From positions 67,513 through 131,512 of the forward strand of contig CAYTAT010000006.1 of assembly GCA_964435795.1 (NCBI GenBank): DNA of 64,000 bases. The letters are read 5' to 3'. Below the pieces are notes generated by a model. It was given only the letters and a program-made list of their open reading frames with translations, did not search any database and was not told the DNA's origin. Positions 18,375 through 27,070 of the stretch are shown piece after piece; the first letter of the stretch is position 1; the number at the start of each line of letters is the position of its first letter. The translations under genes and the position numbers were made by a program. This DNA is from an uncultured Spirochaetaceae bacterium (GTDB lineage: Bacteria; Myxococcota_A; UBA9160; UBA4427).

Positions 18375-19721
18375 GTGACCGACTCGGTTCGCATTCAACT
18401 CGAATCCGTGGCGGCCGCAGCTCTGGCGAGCGTCCACGGAGGTCGAGCGGTCGAGCGCTTCATGCTCCGCGATGAAGCCGGCGATCTGGTGATCGACGGC
18501 CGCCCCATCCCAGCCGCCGTGGGGCTCTGGGTGGTGGCGATCGGCAAGGCGGGGGTGGCGATGACCCGCGCGGTCGAAAGGATCGCGGGGGATCGGATTG
18601 TCGGGGGATTGGCGATTGCCCACGACGGTCAGACGGGTCCGCTTCCCGAGCGAATTTCCTTCCGCTCCGCGGGGCATCCGCTGCCCGATGTGCGGGGGGA
18701 GAGCGTCGGCCGGGAGCTCCTCGATCTGGTGGCTCGAATTCCCCGGTCGGATGTCCTGCTGGTATTGCTCTCGGGGGGCGCTTCGGCGCTCGCCTGCGTT
18801 CCCGACGGCGCCCTGGAGCTCCGGGATCTGGTGGAGATGAATCGGCGCCTTCTGGGTTGTGGTGCGAACATTCGCGAGTTCAATACCGTGCGGAAGCATT
18901 GTACTGCCGTGTCGGGAGGTCGTCTTGCGCTCGCCGCATCCTGTGATCGGATCGAGGTCCTGACGCTCTCGGATGTGCCGGGCGATGATCCCGAAACGAT
19001 CGGCTCCGGTCCCTGCGAAGGGGATGCGACCCGCTACGCGGATGCCGTGGGCGTGCTCAAGCACTTCCGTCTCTGGCGGGATCTTCCCTCGCCGATCATT
19101 TCCCATCTGGAGGCGGGGATGCGAGGTGAAATTCCCGAATCGCCCAAACCCGGAGATCCGCGTCTGGACGGTATTTGCTCCCGGACGGTGGCGCGGAATG
19201 CCGATGCGCGAAGGGCCGCCTTGAGGCATGCGATCGGCGCGGGAATCCCGGCGCTGGATCTGGGCGAAGTCCTGCTCGGTGAGGCTCGCCAGGTCGGCTG
19301 CAGGCTGGCCGCCCTGGCTCGCTGCATGCCTTCGAGCGGCCCTCGACTCCTGGTGGCCGGGGGCGAAACGGTGGTGACCGTGAAGGGGGGCGGGCGTGGA
19401 GGTCGCAGCCAGGAGCTGGCTCTGGCTGCGGGTTTGGAGTGGGCGAGGAAGCCCCCTACGGGGCTGTTGGCAATGCTCGCCGTCGGAAGTGATGGCCGCG
19501 ATGGCCCCACGGATGCGGCGGGCGCCTACGTGGACTCCGATCTGGTCTCGCGGGAGCCGGATCATCGACTCGGGGACTTTCTCGATCGAAACGATGCCCA
19601 CGGCTATTTCGATCCGAGGGGAGGGCTGATCCGAATACCGCCTACGCATACCAATGTGATGGATCTGGTGCTGATCTTCGTGAGCCCCGAAGCTGAATCC
19701 CCTGTGCTTGAGCCCGCCTGA
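18375..19721 (+). CDS. Glycerate 2-kinase / hydroxypyruvate reductase-like (DUF4147 + MOFRL family)
   Basis: VVAIGKAGVAM and LLSGGASAL motifs plus a C-terminal MOFRL-like GTDGRDGPTDAAGA, as recalled for TtuD/GckA-type proteins. Confidence 0.75.
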   Translation: MTDSVRIQLESVAAAALASVHGGRAVERFMLRDEAGDLVIDGRPIPAAVGLWVVAIGKAGVAMTRAVERIAGDRIVGGLAIAHDGQTGPLPERISFRSAGHPLPDVRGESVGRELLDLVARIPRSDVLLVLLSGGASALACVPDGALELRDLVEMNRRLLGCGANIREFNTVRKHCTAVSGGRLALAASCDRIEVLTLSDVPGDDPETIGSGPCEGDATRYADAVGVLKHFRLWRDLPSPIISHLEAGMRGEIPESPKPGDPRLDGICSRTVARNADARRAALRHAIGAGIPALDLGEVLLGEARQVGCRLAALARCMPSSGPRLLVAGGETVVTVKGGGRGGRSQELALAAGLEWARKPPTGLLAMLAVGSDGRDGPTDAAGAYVDSDLVSREPDHRLGDFLDRNDAHGYFDPRGGLIRIPPTHTNVMDLVLIFVSPEAESPVLEPA

Positions 19722-19889
19722 GGGGGGGGGCGGAGGCTTCTTCCTCATGGCATCGATTGTCGCTGTCGGCGTGAATTGGCTAAGTATTGGGGTCTCCAAT
19801 CATCGTCGCGGTTTCGAGAAATCATTCTCTGCGTAAACCGCTTTCGGGCACGGCCATTGCGATCTGGTGCGGGCGAGGGAATTGAAATC

Positions 19890-20375
19890 ATGTCTGTGAG
19901 CGAGGACGAATTCAAACGCTGCATGGGTGCCTGGCCGAGTGGAGTCACCATAGTGACGACCCGTTCGGGGGAACGCATTCACGGCATGACGGTCTCGGAT
20001 TTCAGCGGTGCCTCCCTCTCCCCGGCGTTGGTGGCGGTCTGCTGCAACCGGGAATCGACTACCACCCGCTTGATCGAGGAGGGCAAATGCTTCGCCGTGA
20101 ACATCCTCGCTGCGGATCAGCAGGATCTCTCGAATCGATTTGCTTCCAGGAATTACGAGTCCTCCCGTTTTGAGGGGATCGATTTCGAGCAGGCGGTGAC
20201 CGGCGCTCCCTTGCTTCCGGGGGCCGTCGCCAATATTGATTGTCGTCTGGCCTTTACCCACGATGCCGGAGACCACGTGATTTTCCTGGGAGAAGTCCAG
20301 TCGATCCGACTCGTGGAAAAGGAACCGCTCGTCTTCTGTCGCGGCAGCTACCGCCAACTCGGACAGACCCTATGA
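19890..20375 (+). CDS. Flavin reductase-like (FMN-binding split-barrel) protein
   Basis: FKRCMGAWPSGVTIVTT...HGMTVSDFSGASLSPALVAVC pattern of flavin reductase domain proteins. ATG at 19890. Confidence 0.8.
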   Translation: MSVSEDEFKRCMGAWPSGVTIVTTRSGERIHGMTVSDFSGASLSPALVAVCCNRESTTTRLIEEGKCFAVNILAADQQDLSNRFASRNYESSRFEGIDFEQAVTGAPLLPGAVANIDCRLAFTHDAGDHVIFLGEVQSIRLVEKEPLVFCRGSYRQLGQTL

Positions 20376-21028
20376 GCGAGGGCATGCTGAGATTCATCGT
20401 ATACTCCGACTACCTATGCCCGTGGTGCTATAACGCTTCGGTGCGACTTCGATCGCTCGAGGCGGAATACGCGGGTGCGATCGAATTGGACTGGCGCAGT
20501 TACCTCTTGCGTCCCGAACGTCGGACTCATCGGGATCCCGCGGCCGCTCTGGAGAAATTCCGACGCTATACGGAATCCTGGCTGCGACCCGGCGCGGAGC
20601 CCGATAGCGGAGAGTTTCAGGTCTGGGCCACGAATGAGGGTCCGCCGTCTCATAGCGTACCCGCCCATCTGGCCAGCAAGGCCGCAAAACGGCTGGGAAA
20701 ACCCGCCTTCGATGCGATGCACGATCGTCTGTTGAAGGCCTATTTCGGGGAGAATCGAGATATCAGCCGGGAGTCCGTCCTGAAGTCCCTCTGGCAGGAG
20801 TTGGGTTTTCCGCCCGGGGATTTTGAATCTGCCAGCGAATCCGAATGGCTCGATGAGGTTCTGGCCGAGCATCGGGAGGCATTGGAGTTCGGAGCTACGG
20901 GGGTCCCAGCCGTAGCACTGGCGGGCAATCCGGCCATCATCGTCGGGGCGCATCCCGTTGAGCTCTATCGACGTTGGATCGATCGCAGCCTGGCCCGACT
21001 CGGCGGGGCGGAGGAACTGCGGAACTGA
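20372..21028 (+). CDS. DsbA-family (FrnE-like) thiol oxidoreductase
   Basis: SDYLCPWCY redox motif in a DSBA-like thioredoxin fold. ATGA overlap with the upstream gene. Confidence 0.8.
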   Translation: MSEGMLRFIVYSDYLCPWCYNASVRLRSLEAEYAGAIELDWRSYLLRPERRTHRDPAAALEKFRRYTESWLRPGAEPDSGEFQVWATNEGPPSHSVPAHLASKAAKRLGKPAFDAMHDRLLKAYFGENRDISRESVLKSLWQELGFPPGDFESASESEWLDEVLAEHREALEFGATGVPAVALAGNPAIIVGAHPVELYRRWIDRSLARLGGAEELRN

Positions 21029-21139
21029 TCCGGGTCGCGGGGCTTCCCCGGGGAAGTTGGAGAATGGCAGGTGATGCGGCCCCGGGGTCGGTTGTGCAAT
21101 CCTGCCGGTGGAACATTTACGCCAAGAGGAGAGGGCAGT

Positions 21140-21634
21140 ATGAGAATCGTCCGACGCAGTAATTTTTACCGAGGATTTCCTTCCATCCTGACGGCGGTCC
21201 TGGTCGTTTCCTTCTGTTTCTTCCTGGTGGCTGGGCCCGCGTCGGCCGCGAAGAAGGCCAAGAGCATCAAGACCGAGGCCAGGTTCGTCGCCTACGACGC
21301 AGACGCGAAGACCATCGAGGTCAAGGTCAAGAAGAAGGGGAAGAAACCCTCCAACAAGGCCCTCAAATTGAAGAATGGCAAGAAGGCTACGTTCAAGGTC
21401 AAGCCCGAGGGCTCCGTCATGACCCGGACGAGCGTGACCCTGGACGGGAAACGGGCGGATATCAACGAGATCCGGGAAGGGCAGTTCCTTTTCATCTACT
21501 GGGTGCCCGACGAGACCGATGAGAAGGCTCGCTTCGCGCGCAAGATCGATCTGGTACTCAGCGAACAGGAGATGGAAGCCCGCAACAAAGCGCGATTGGA
21601 GGCGGCCAAGAAAGCGGGCAAGCTTTCGGATTGA
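21140..21634 (+). CDS. Hypothetical secreted lysine-rich protein
   Basis: GGAGAGGG RBS and a signal peptide (ILTAVLVVSFCFFLVAGPASA). Coding-like composition. No family recognised. Confidence 0.55.
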   Translation: MRIVRRSNFYRGFPSILTAVLVVSFCFFLVAGPASAAKKAKSIKTEARFVAYDADAKTIEVKVKKKGKKPSNKALKLKNGKKATFKVKPEGSVMTRTSVTLDGKRADINEIREGQFLFIYWVPDETDEKARFARKIDLVLSEQEMEARNKARLEAAKKAGKLSD

Positions 21635-21790
21635 GCGTCTTCCGGGCGCTGGTTCCGGGCGCTGAGATTGCGACGCTTCAGCCCCGGGGATGGTCTTATC
21701 GCGAAGCGCCGAACCCCCGATCCTTCGCAGCAATCCGCACGAGTTCCCCGGCCCGCTCCAGGATCGGATCGAGAAGAGTCGAGGATCGTT

Positions 21791-21877
21791 TGGTGCGGCG
21801 AAGAGGACTCGAACCTCCACGGGGTTGCCCCCACCAGCCCCTCAAGCTGACGCGTCTACCAGTTCCGCCACCGCCGC
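21791..21877 (-). tRNA. tRNA-Leu (anticodon GAG)
   Basis: Hand-folded. Sequence GCGGCGGTGGCGGAACTGGTAGACGCGTCAGCTTGAGGGGCTGG...GGTTCGAGTCCTCTTCGCCGCACCA. 7-bp acceptor stem, long variable arm, T-loop GGTTCGAGTCC, encoded CCA. Confidence 0.95.
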
Positions 21878-21935
21878 ATACCAAAATTCAGCGCCGCACG
21901 ATAACGAAACCGAATCGATTCGCCCAGTCTCCCGC

Positions 21936-22340
21936 TCAGGGCTCCGCTGAGGGTGCCTCGGGGTCGATTTCTTCGAGGTCGCCGAATTCCTCGAGATCGG
22001 ATTCGAGGTCCTGATCCGTGCTCGTCGCGGCGGCATCGGGAACCTCATCGAGTGCGGGAGAACCCTCTTCGATCCCGGATTCGTTTTCGTCAAAGAGCTG
22101 AATCTCGGACTGTTGAGTGCCCAGGTAGGCCAGGGAGAGACTTGTCAACATGAAGAGAATCGCACTCCCCGTCGTCAGGCGGGTCAGGAAATTCCCCGCC
22201 CCCCGACTGCCGAAGACGGTATTGGCTCCGCCTCCACCGAGTGCCGCGCCGAGATCTGCCCCCTTGCCGCGCTGGAGCAGAACCACCGCGATCAGGATGA
22301 AGCAGACCATAAAGTGAAGGACGAGCAAGAGGGTCATCAT
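21936..22340 (-). CDS. secG: Preprotein translocase subunit SecG (with acidic C-terminal tail)
   Basis: VVLLQRGKGADLGAALGGGGANTVFGSRGAGNFLTRLT is the SecG signature. 4-nt overlap with the tpiA stop. Confidence 0.9.
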   Translation of the reverse strand: MMTLLLVLHFMVCFILIAVVLLQRGKGADLGAALGGGGANTVFGSRGAGNFLTRLTTGSAILFMLTSLSLAYLGTQQSEIQLFDENESGIEEGSPALDEVPDAAATSTDQDLESDLEEFGDLEEIDPEAPSAEP

Positions 22341-23116
22341 GATGGATTGTTCTCCGTAATGGCATGCGAGATGATTTTCGCGAAACTCATCGGGTCCAGG
22401 CTGGCTCCGCCCACCAGGGCTCCGTCGATATCGGTTTCGGCCAGCAACGCGCTCACATTCGAGGGGTCGACCGAGCCGCCGTATTGAATCCGAATCCGCC
22501 CACTATCCTCTCCGAAGCGTTCGGCCAGACGAGCGCGAATGAAAGCATGTACGGTCTGGGCCTGCTCGGGGGTCGCGGTCAGTCCTGTGCCGATCGCCCA
22601 CACCGGTTCGTATGCTACCACCAGTTCGGCGATTCCGGGAGCGCCCGCCTCGGGCAGGCTCTGCTCGAGCTGATTCCCGATGACCTCCTGGGTCTCATCC
22701 GCCTCACGGGCGTCCAGGCTTTCTCCTACGCAGACGATCGGTCTCAGGCCGGCTTCGAAAACCGCCCGGGCCTTGGTGGCGACCGTTTGGCTCGTTTCGC
22801 CGTAGAGGGCGCGGCGCTCGCTATGGCCCACGATGCAATACTGGCAGCCGACCTCCTTCAGCATGGGGGCCGAAACTTCGCCGGTGAAGGCGCCGGAGGA
22901 CTCGGAGCAGACATTCTGGGCGGCCAATTTGAGTTGGCTTCCCTGCAGAAGAGCCGCCAGGCTCTCAAGGCAGGTGAAGGGGGGAGCGATCGCGATCTCC
23001 GGGCCGAGGGGGTGGGCTTGCGGCAATTGACGAAGCAGGCTCCCGGCGTATTCACGCGCCTCGGCGCGATTCTTGTTCAGCTTCCAATTGGCGACGATCA
23101 GGGGCTTTCGCATCAT
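22337..23116 (-). CDS. tpiA: Triosephosphate isomerase
   Basis: PLIVANWKLNKN, IVGHSERR and AYEPVWAIGTG motifs. The ATG at 23116 overlaps the pgk stop. Confidence 0.95.
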   Translation of the reverse strand: MMRKPLIVANWKLNKNRAEAREYAGSLLRQLPQAHPLGPEIAIAPPFTCLESLAALLQGSQLKLAAQNVCSESSGAFTGEVSAPMLKEVGCQYCIVGHSERRALYGETSQTVATKARAVFEAGLRPIVCVGESLDAREADETQEVIGNQLEQSLPEAGAPGIAELVVAYEPVWAIGTGLTATPEQAQTVHAFIRARLAERFGEDSGRIRIQYGGSVDPSNVSALLAETDIDGALVGGASLDPMSFAKIISHAITENNPS

Positions 23117-24327
23117 TTCTCCAATGCCGCGACGCCCGGGAGGACGATGCCCTGAATGAATTCGAGGGAAGCTCCGCCGCCTGTTGAAAGGTGGCCGATT
23201 TCGGCTCCCAGGCCGAGGCGCTGGATCGCCGCCAGGGAGTCCCCGCCGCCCACGACGGATGTCGCGGAAGACTTCGCGACGGCCTGGGCCACCTCTTCCG
23301 TACCCCGGGCGCAACTCTTGATCTCGAAGATTCCCATCGGGCCATTCCAGAAGATCGTTCGGGCCCGATCGGCCTCCTCGGCGTAGCGGGCGGCCGTCTC
23401 CGGGCCGATGTCGACACCTAGCCAGTCCTCCGGAATCGACTCCACGACGCGGATTTGTGGATCTTCGCTCACTTCTTTGCTGACGCGATGATCCGAGGGC
23501 AGGAGGAGTCTGCAGCCGCTTTCCTTTGCAGCGGAGAGGACGCTTTGGGCATCCTCGATGCGTTCCTTCTCCACGCGGGAGTTGCCCACGGCGTCGCCAA
23601 GGGCGGCCAGAAAGGTGTAGGCCATGGCCCCTCCCACGGCGAGGACGTCGGCTCTCTCGGACAATTTCTGCAACACGCCGAGCTTATCCGAGACCTTTGC
23701 CCCTCCCAGCAGGCAGAGCAGGGGGGTTGCGGGCTCGAGAACCAGCCGGAGTTGTTTCAACTCGTTGCACATCAGGTCGCCCGCAACGGCCGACTCCAGA
23801 TGGGCGACGATCCCGACCGTCGAAGCGTGTGCGCGGTGGGCCGTTCCAAAAGCATCGTTTACATAGAGATCCGCCGAGCGGGCCAGCGCCCTGGCGAATT
23901 CCGGATCGTTTCGCGTTTCCTCCCCATGAAATCGAAGGTTTTCGAGCAGCAGGATCTCGCCGTCCCCGAGTTCGCGAACAGCCGTTTCGACTCCTTCGCC
24001 CACGCATTCACCCGCGAAGGCGACCTCGGAACCCAGGAGATCGGCGAGGGCCCGGGCCACGGGTCGCAGTGAAAGGTCCGGGATGCGCTCGCCCCCGGGT
24101 CTGCCCAGATGCGACGCCAGAACGATTCGGGCCCCGGCTTCACGCAGTCGTCGCAGCGTCGGCAAGGAGGCTCGAATCCGCGAATCGTCCAGAATCTTTC
24201 CGTCCCGGATGGGCACATTGAGGTCCGCCCGAACGAAAACCCGCCGACCCCTCGGGTCGGTGGATGCGTCCTGTTGTGTGGGCGAGAGCCAGGATTCGAG
24301 CGAAGGGGTGGTCAAGAAAGGGTCCAT
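23113..24327 (-). CDS. pgk: Phosphoglycerate kinase
   Basis: RVFVRADLNVP, ASHLGRP and FWNGPMGIFE motifs. The start is ambiguous (ATG 24327 preferred; ATG 24363 possible). Confidence 0.95.
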   Translation of the reverse strand: MDPFLTTPSLESWLSPTQQDASTDPRGRRVFVRADLNVPIRDGKILDDSRIRASLPTLRRLREAGARIVLASHLGRPGGERIPDLSLRPVARALADLLGSEVAFAGECVGEGVETAVRELGDGEILLLENLRFHGEETRNDPEFARALARSADLYVNDAFGTAHRAHASTVGIVAHLESAVAGDLMCNELKQLRLVLEPATPLLCLLGGAKVSDKLGVLQKLSERADVLAVGGAMAYTFLAALGDAVGNSRVEKERIEDAQSVLSAAKESGCRLLLPSDHRVSKEVSEDPQIRVVESIPEDWLGVDIGPETAARYAEEADRARTIFWNGPMGIFEIKSCARGTEEVAQAVAKSSATSVVGGGDSLAAIQRLGLGAEIGHLSTGGGASLEFIQGIVLPGVAALEK

Positions 24328-24433
24328 TTCCTCTAGGGTTCGGGCGCAGCGTGCGGGCGGCATTTTAACGGTGCTCCAACCAATAGACAACGCTGGCTTT
24401 TCTGGATCCGCAGCACCCCGCTACACTAGCCAG

Positions 24434-27070
24434 ATGGGGGATCGTAGCTTCCGGGGCCTGGGCATTGACAGCCTGACAGGTGGTTTCGCGCGCTGGCTGC
24501 AGGGCGGGGCGGAGAATCGAGTCATTCGAGTCGAGCGGATCGTGCTGCTTCTGGCTCTGGTGGCATCGCTCTGGTTCGGAGCGGACAGACTCCTAGGTAT
24601 ATTGGATTCCCAGAGGGCCTTCCCGGTCGAATCGGGTCGGTTTTCCCAGGCCGGCCTTTCCAGATCGGTCGAGATCCTTCGGGACAACAGGGGGATTCCC
24701 CACATCGATGCCGATGTGGAAAGGGATGCCTGGCAGGCGCTGGGATTCGTGCATGCCCAGGATCGTCTGGCACAAATGCTCTGGCTTCGTCGCCTGGCGC
24801 GGGGAAGAGTTGCCGAAGTGGTGGGCTGGAGCGGCCTGGATTCCGATCGGATGGCGCGTACCCTCGGTATTGGCGCGTTGGCGGATCGGGAGTGGTTGAG
24901 GGCACCCGCTCGGACTCGGAAGATTCTCGAAGCCTACTCGGCCGGGTTGAATGCTCGAATCGACGAGTTGAGGCGGTCTGCGGCGGCGCCCCCCGCGGCG
25001 CTTCGGGGCTCACCCGAGGGGATCGAGGACTGGCGCCCCGCGGATTCCATTGCACTTCTCAAGCTGATCGCCTGGAGCAGCGGCAACTCGCTCGAAACGT
25101 CCCTGGCCGTGGAAGACTTGAATGGCTTCCTCGGCTCTCGGCTCTCGCGGCCTCTCGTGCCCACGGGCCATGGGGTGGAGGGGCTGGAGGGCGGTCATGC
25201 GGAGCGCTTCGAAAGATCCGCAGCGTCGCAGACTTCCGGATCGCGGCCTCGGCCGAGCTCGGCGCGACTTCAGTTGGGCGAGTCGACTCGAATCAGCGGC
25301 GGGACGGCCTGGGTCTTGGGGGGGGAGCATACGGCGAGCGGTTTTCCGCTCCTGGTCGCGAGTTTGAATTTGCCCACCACCATTCCCGCCCTTCTGTATG
25401 AGATGCAGCTGAAGAGCGGGGACCTCGACGTGGTGGGCGCCACGATTCCCGGAATTCCCGTGGTCTGGGTGGGCCGAAACCAGCATGTCGCCTGGGCGGC
25501 CATTCCGTCTGGAGCCGTGACGGTCGACCTCTATCGGGAACGAATCCGAGAAACCGAGCAGACTTACCACGACGGCATTCGCTGGCTTCCCCTGCAGAGA
25601 CGGGAGGAGTCGATCCGAATTCGCGAGGGTTCGGGCTCGAGTGAATATGCGATCACGATTCACTCGACTCACCATGGACCCCTTGTCGAAGCTGAACCGG
25701 AGGCTGCAGAGTTCTCGACCACGCGGGCGAGCAGCGAGGGCGAGAATTCCAGAATTGAAGAGAAGGGCCAGCTCGCCCTCGCCTGGACGGGAATGATCAC
25801 GGGGGATGGGATCTCCTCTCTATTGGGCCTGATTCGCGCGCAAAGCGCCGACGCGATTCGCGATGGACTCGCGACCCACCACGAGCCGGTGGTCACCGTG
25901 GTGTACGCGGATCGGAGGGGCACTGCGGGCGCCCAGATGGCGGGTTGGCTGCCCAGGCGTACCCTGCCGTCGAGCTTGATTCCCCTGCCGGGAAAGATGC
26001 GCGTATACGATTGGCGCAAGCCGCTTCGCTACGAGGCCATGCCGGCCGTTCAACTTGGCGATTTCAGGTCCACGGGGCAGGGGGGGGGCGTGAATTGGCT
26101 GGCGGTCGCCGATGGAGAAATCGGAGATTCCGTCGCCGAGGCGGAAATAGAGTGGCTCTGGCGTCCGGGGGCGCGGCTGCGTCGTCTCCGGGAGGGGCTG
26201 ATGGCTCTGACCGCTGGAACGGGGGACTCCGCGGGCGCTGTTTCGAAGACGGGGGGTGTGGGTCTGCGGACGGCCGCCGCGTTGCAGTGGGATGTGGGGG
26301 CGGGTGATGCGGTCGATGTCGTGCCGGCCATCCTGCGCCTGGCGGGCCTGGCCGAGCCCCTGCGGCCCGAAGCAAGGGAAGTGCTCGACATGCTTTCCGG
26401 CTGGGATGGGAATCTGCTCGAGTCGAGTTCCGGGGCTGCAGCGTACGAAATATTGATGCAGAACCTGCTCGAGGTTCTCATCGGACGCGTGCTTGAAGAA
26501 GACCTCTACCGCCGCTACCTGGCGCTGCCCGATGCCCGCCCTCTCGCCATCGTGGCCAGTCTGCTCGTGACTGCGGATCGGCGGCGCTCGTCGGGGGGCT
26601 GGGCCGATCTGGATCGGGTCGTGGCCGGCCTGCACGAGAGTCTGCGCCGCACATGGGTGGGTCTCTCCCACCGGTTGGGGCCGGATCGCAAGGGCTGGCG
26701 CTGGGGTCGACTGCACGAACTCGAATTCCGCCCCCTCCAGGAGGTTTCGGTGGGTCGTGGATCTTCGGCGGGATGGAGCGCACTCGGTGTCGGAGGGGAT
26801 GCGAGTTCAATCTTCACGACCCGAGCCGCGGGGCGGGGAGGGGTACCGCTTTCGACTGCGGCCACCTATCAGTTCGCGATTGATCTCGCGGCACCGAACC
26901 GAATTCTGACTTCCCTCGTCCCCGGCCAGTCCGAACACGAGGGGCACGCCCATTTCGCAGATGGTCTCGAGGCATGGCTGGCGGGAAGGCCGAGTCCACT
27001 GCTGGCCAGTCGCCTGCTCGTAGAGGAAAGTAGCGGCGCCGCGCTTGTCCTCGAGCCGCTGGATCGATGA
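24434..27070 (+). CDS. Penicillin-acylase family (S45 Ntn-hydrolase)-like protein with N-terminal membrane anchor; predicted nucleophile Ser replaced
   Basis: RDNRGIPHIDADVERDAWQALGFVHAQDRLAQMLWLRR is the typical alpha-subunit motif. TM helix IVLLLALVASLWFGA. ATG 24434 chosen because the track ORF 5-prime part overlaps pgk. Confidence 0.8.
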   Translation: MGDRSFRGLGIDSLTGGFARWLQGGAENRVIRVERIVLLLALVASLWFGADRLLGILDSQRAFPVESGRFSQAGLSRSVEILRDNRGIPHIDADVERDAWQALGFVHAQDRLAQMLWLRRLARGRVAEVVGWSGLDSDRMARTLGIGALADREWLRAPARTRKILEAYSAGLNARIDELRRSAAAPPAALRGSPEGIEDWRPADSIALLKLIAWSSGNSLETSLAVEDLNGFLGSRLSRPLVPTGHGVEGLEGGHAERFERSAASQTSGSRPRPSSARLQLGESTRISGGTAWVLGGEHTASGFPLLVASLNLPTTIPALLYEMQLKSGDLDVVGATIPGIPVVWVGRNQHVAWAAIPSGAVTVDLYRERIRETEQTYHDGIRWLPLQRREESIRIREGSGSSEYAITIHSTHHGPLVEAEPEAAEFSTTRASSEGENSRIEEKGQLALAWTGMITGDGISSLLGLIRAQSADAIRDGLATHHEPVVTVVYADRRGTAGAQMAGWLPRRTLPSSLIPLPGKMRVYDWRKPLRYEAMPAVQLGDFRSTGQGGGVNWLAVADGEIGDSVAEAEIEWLWRPGARLRRLREGLMALTAGTGDSAGAVSKTGGVGLRTAAALQWDVGAGDAVDVVPAILRLAGLAEPLRPEAREVLDMLSGWDGNLLESSSGAAAYEILMQNLLEVLIGRVLEEDLYRRYLALPDARPLAIVASLLVTADRRRSSGGWADLDRVVAGLHESLRRTWVGLSHRLGPDRKGWRWGRLHELEFRPLQEVSVGRGSSAGWSALGVGGDASSIFTTRAAGRGGVPLSTAATYQFAIDLAAPNRILTSLVPGQSEHEGHAHFADGLEAWLAGRPSPLLASRLLVEESSGAALVLEPLDR

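Noticed and set aside
17835-19799. 654-aa minus-strand ORF spanning the OmpA-like gene end and all of the glycerate kinase gene
   Set aside because: The translation is Arg/Pro/Gly-rich with no motifs. The plus strand carries two well-supported genes.
24083-24433. 5-prime extensions of track ORFs: acylase 24083, gspE 8852, murU-like 57254, tpiA 23314, GT4-B 53351, and the MTase ORF starting at 48650
   Set aside because: These extensions overlap upstream genes in other frames and are Arg/Pro-rich. Conserved N-termini begin at internal starts that abut or overlap the preceding stop codons.
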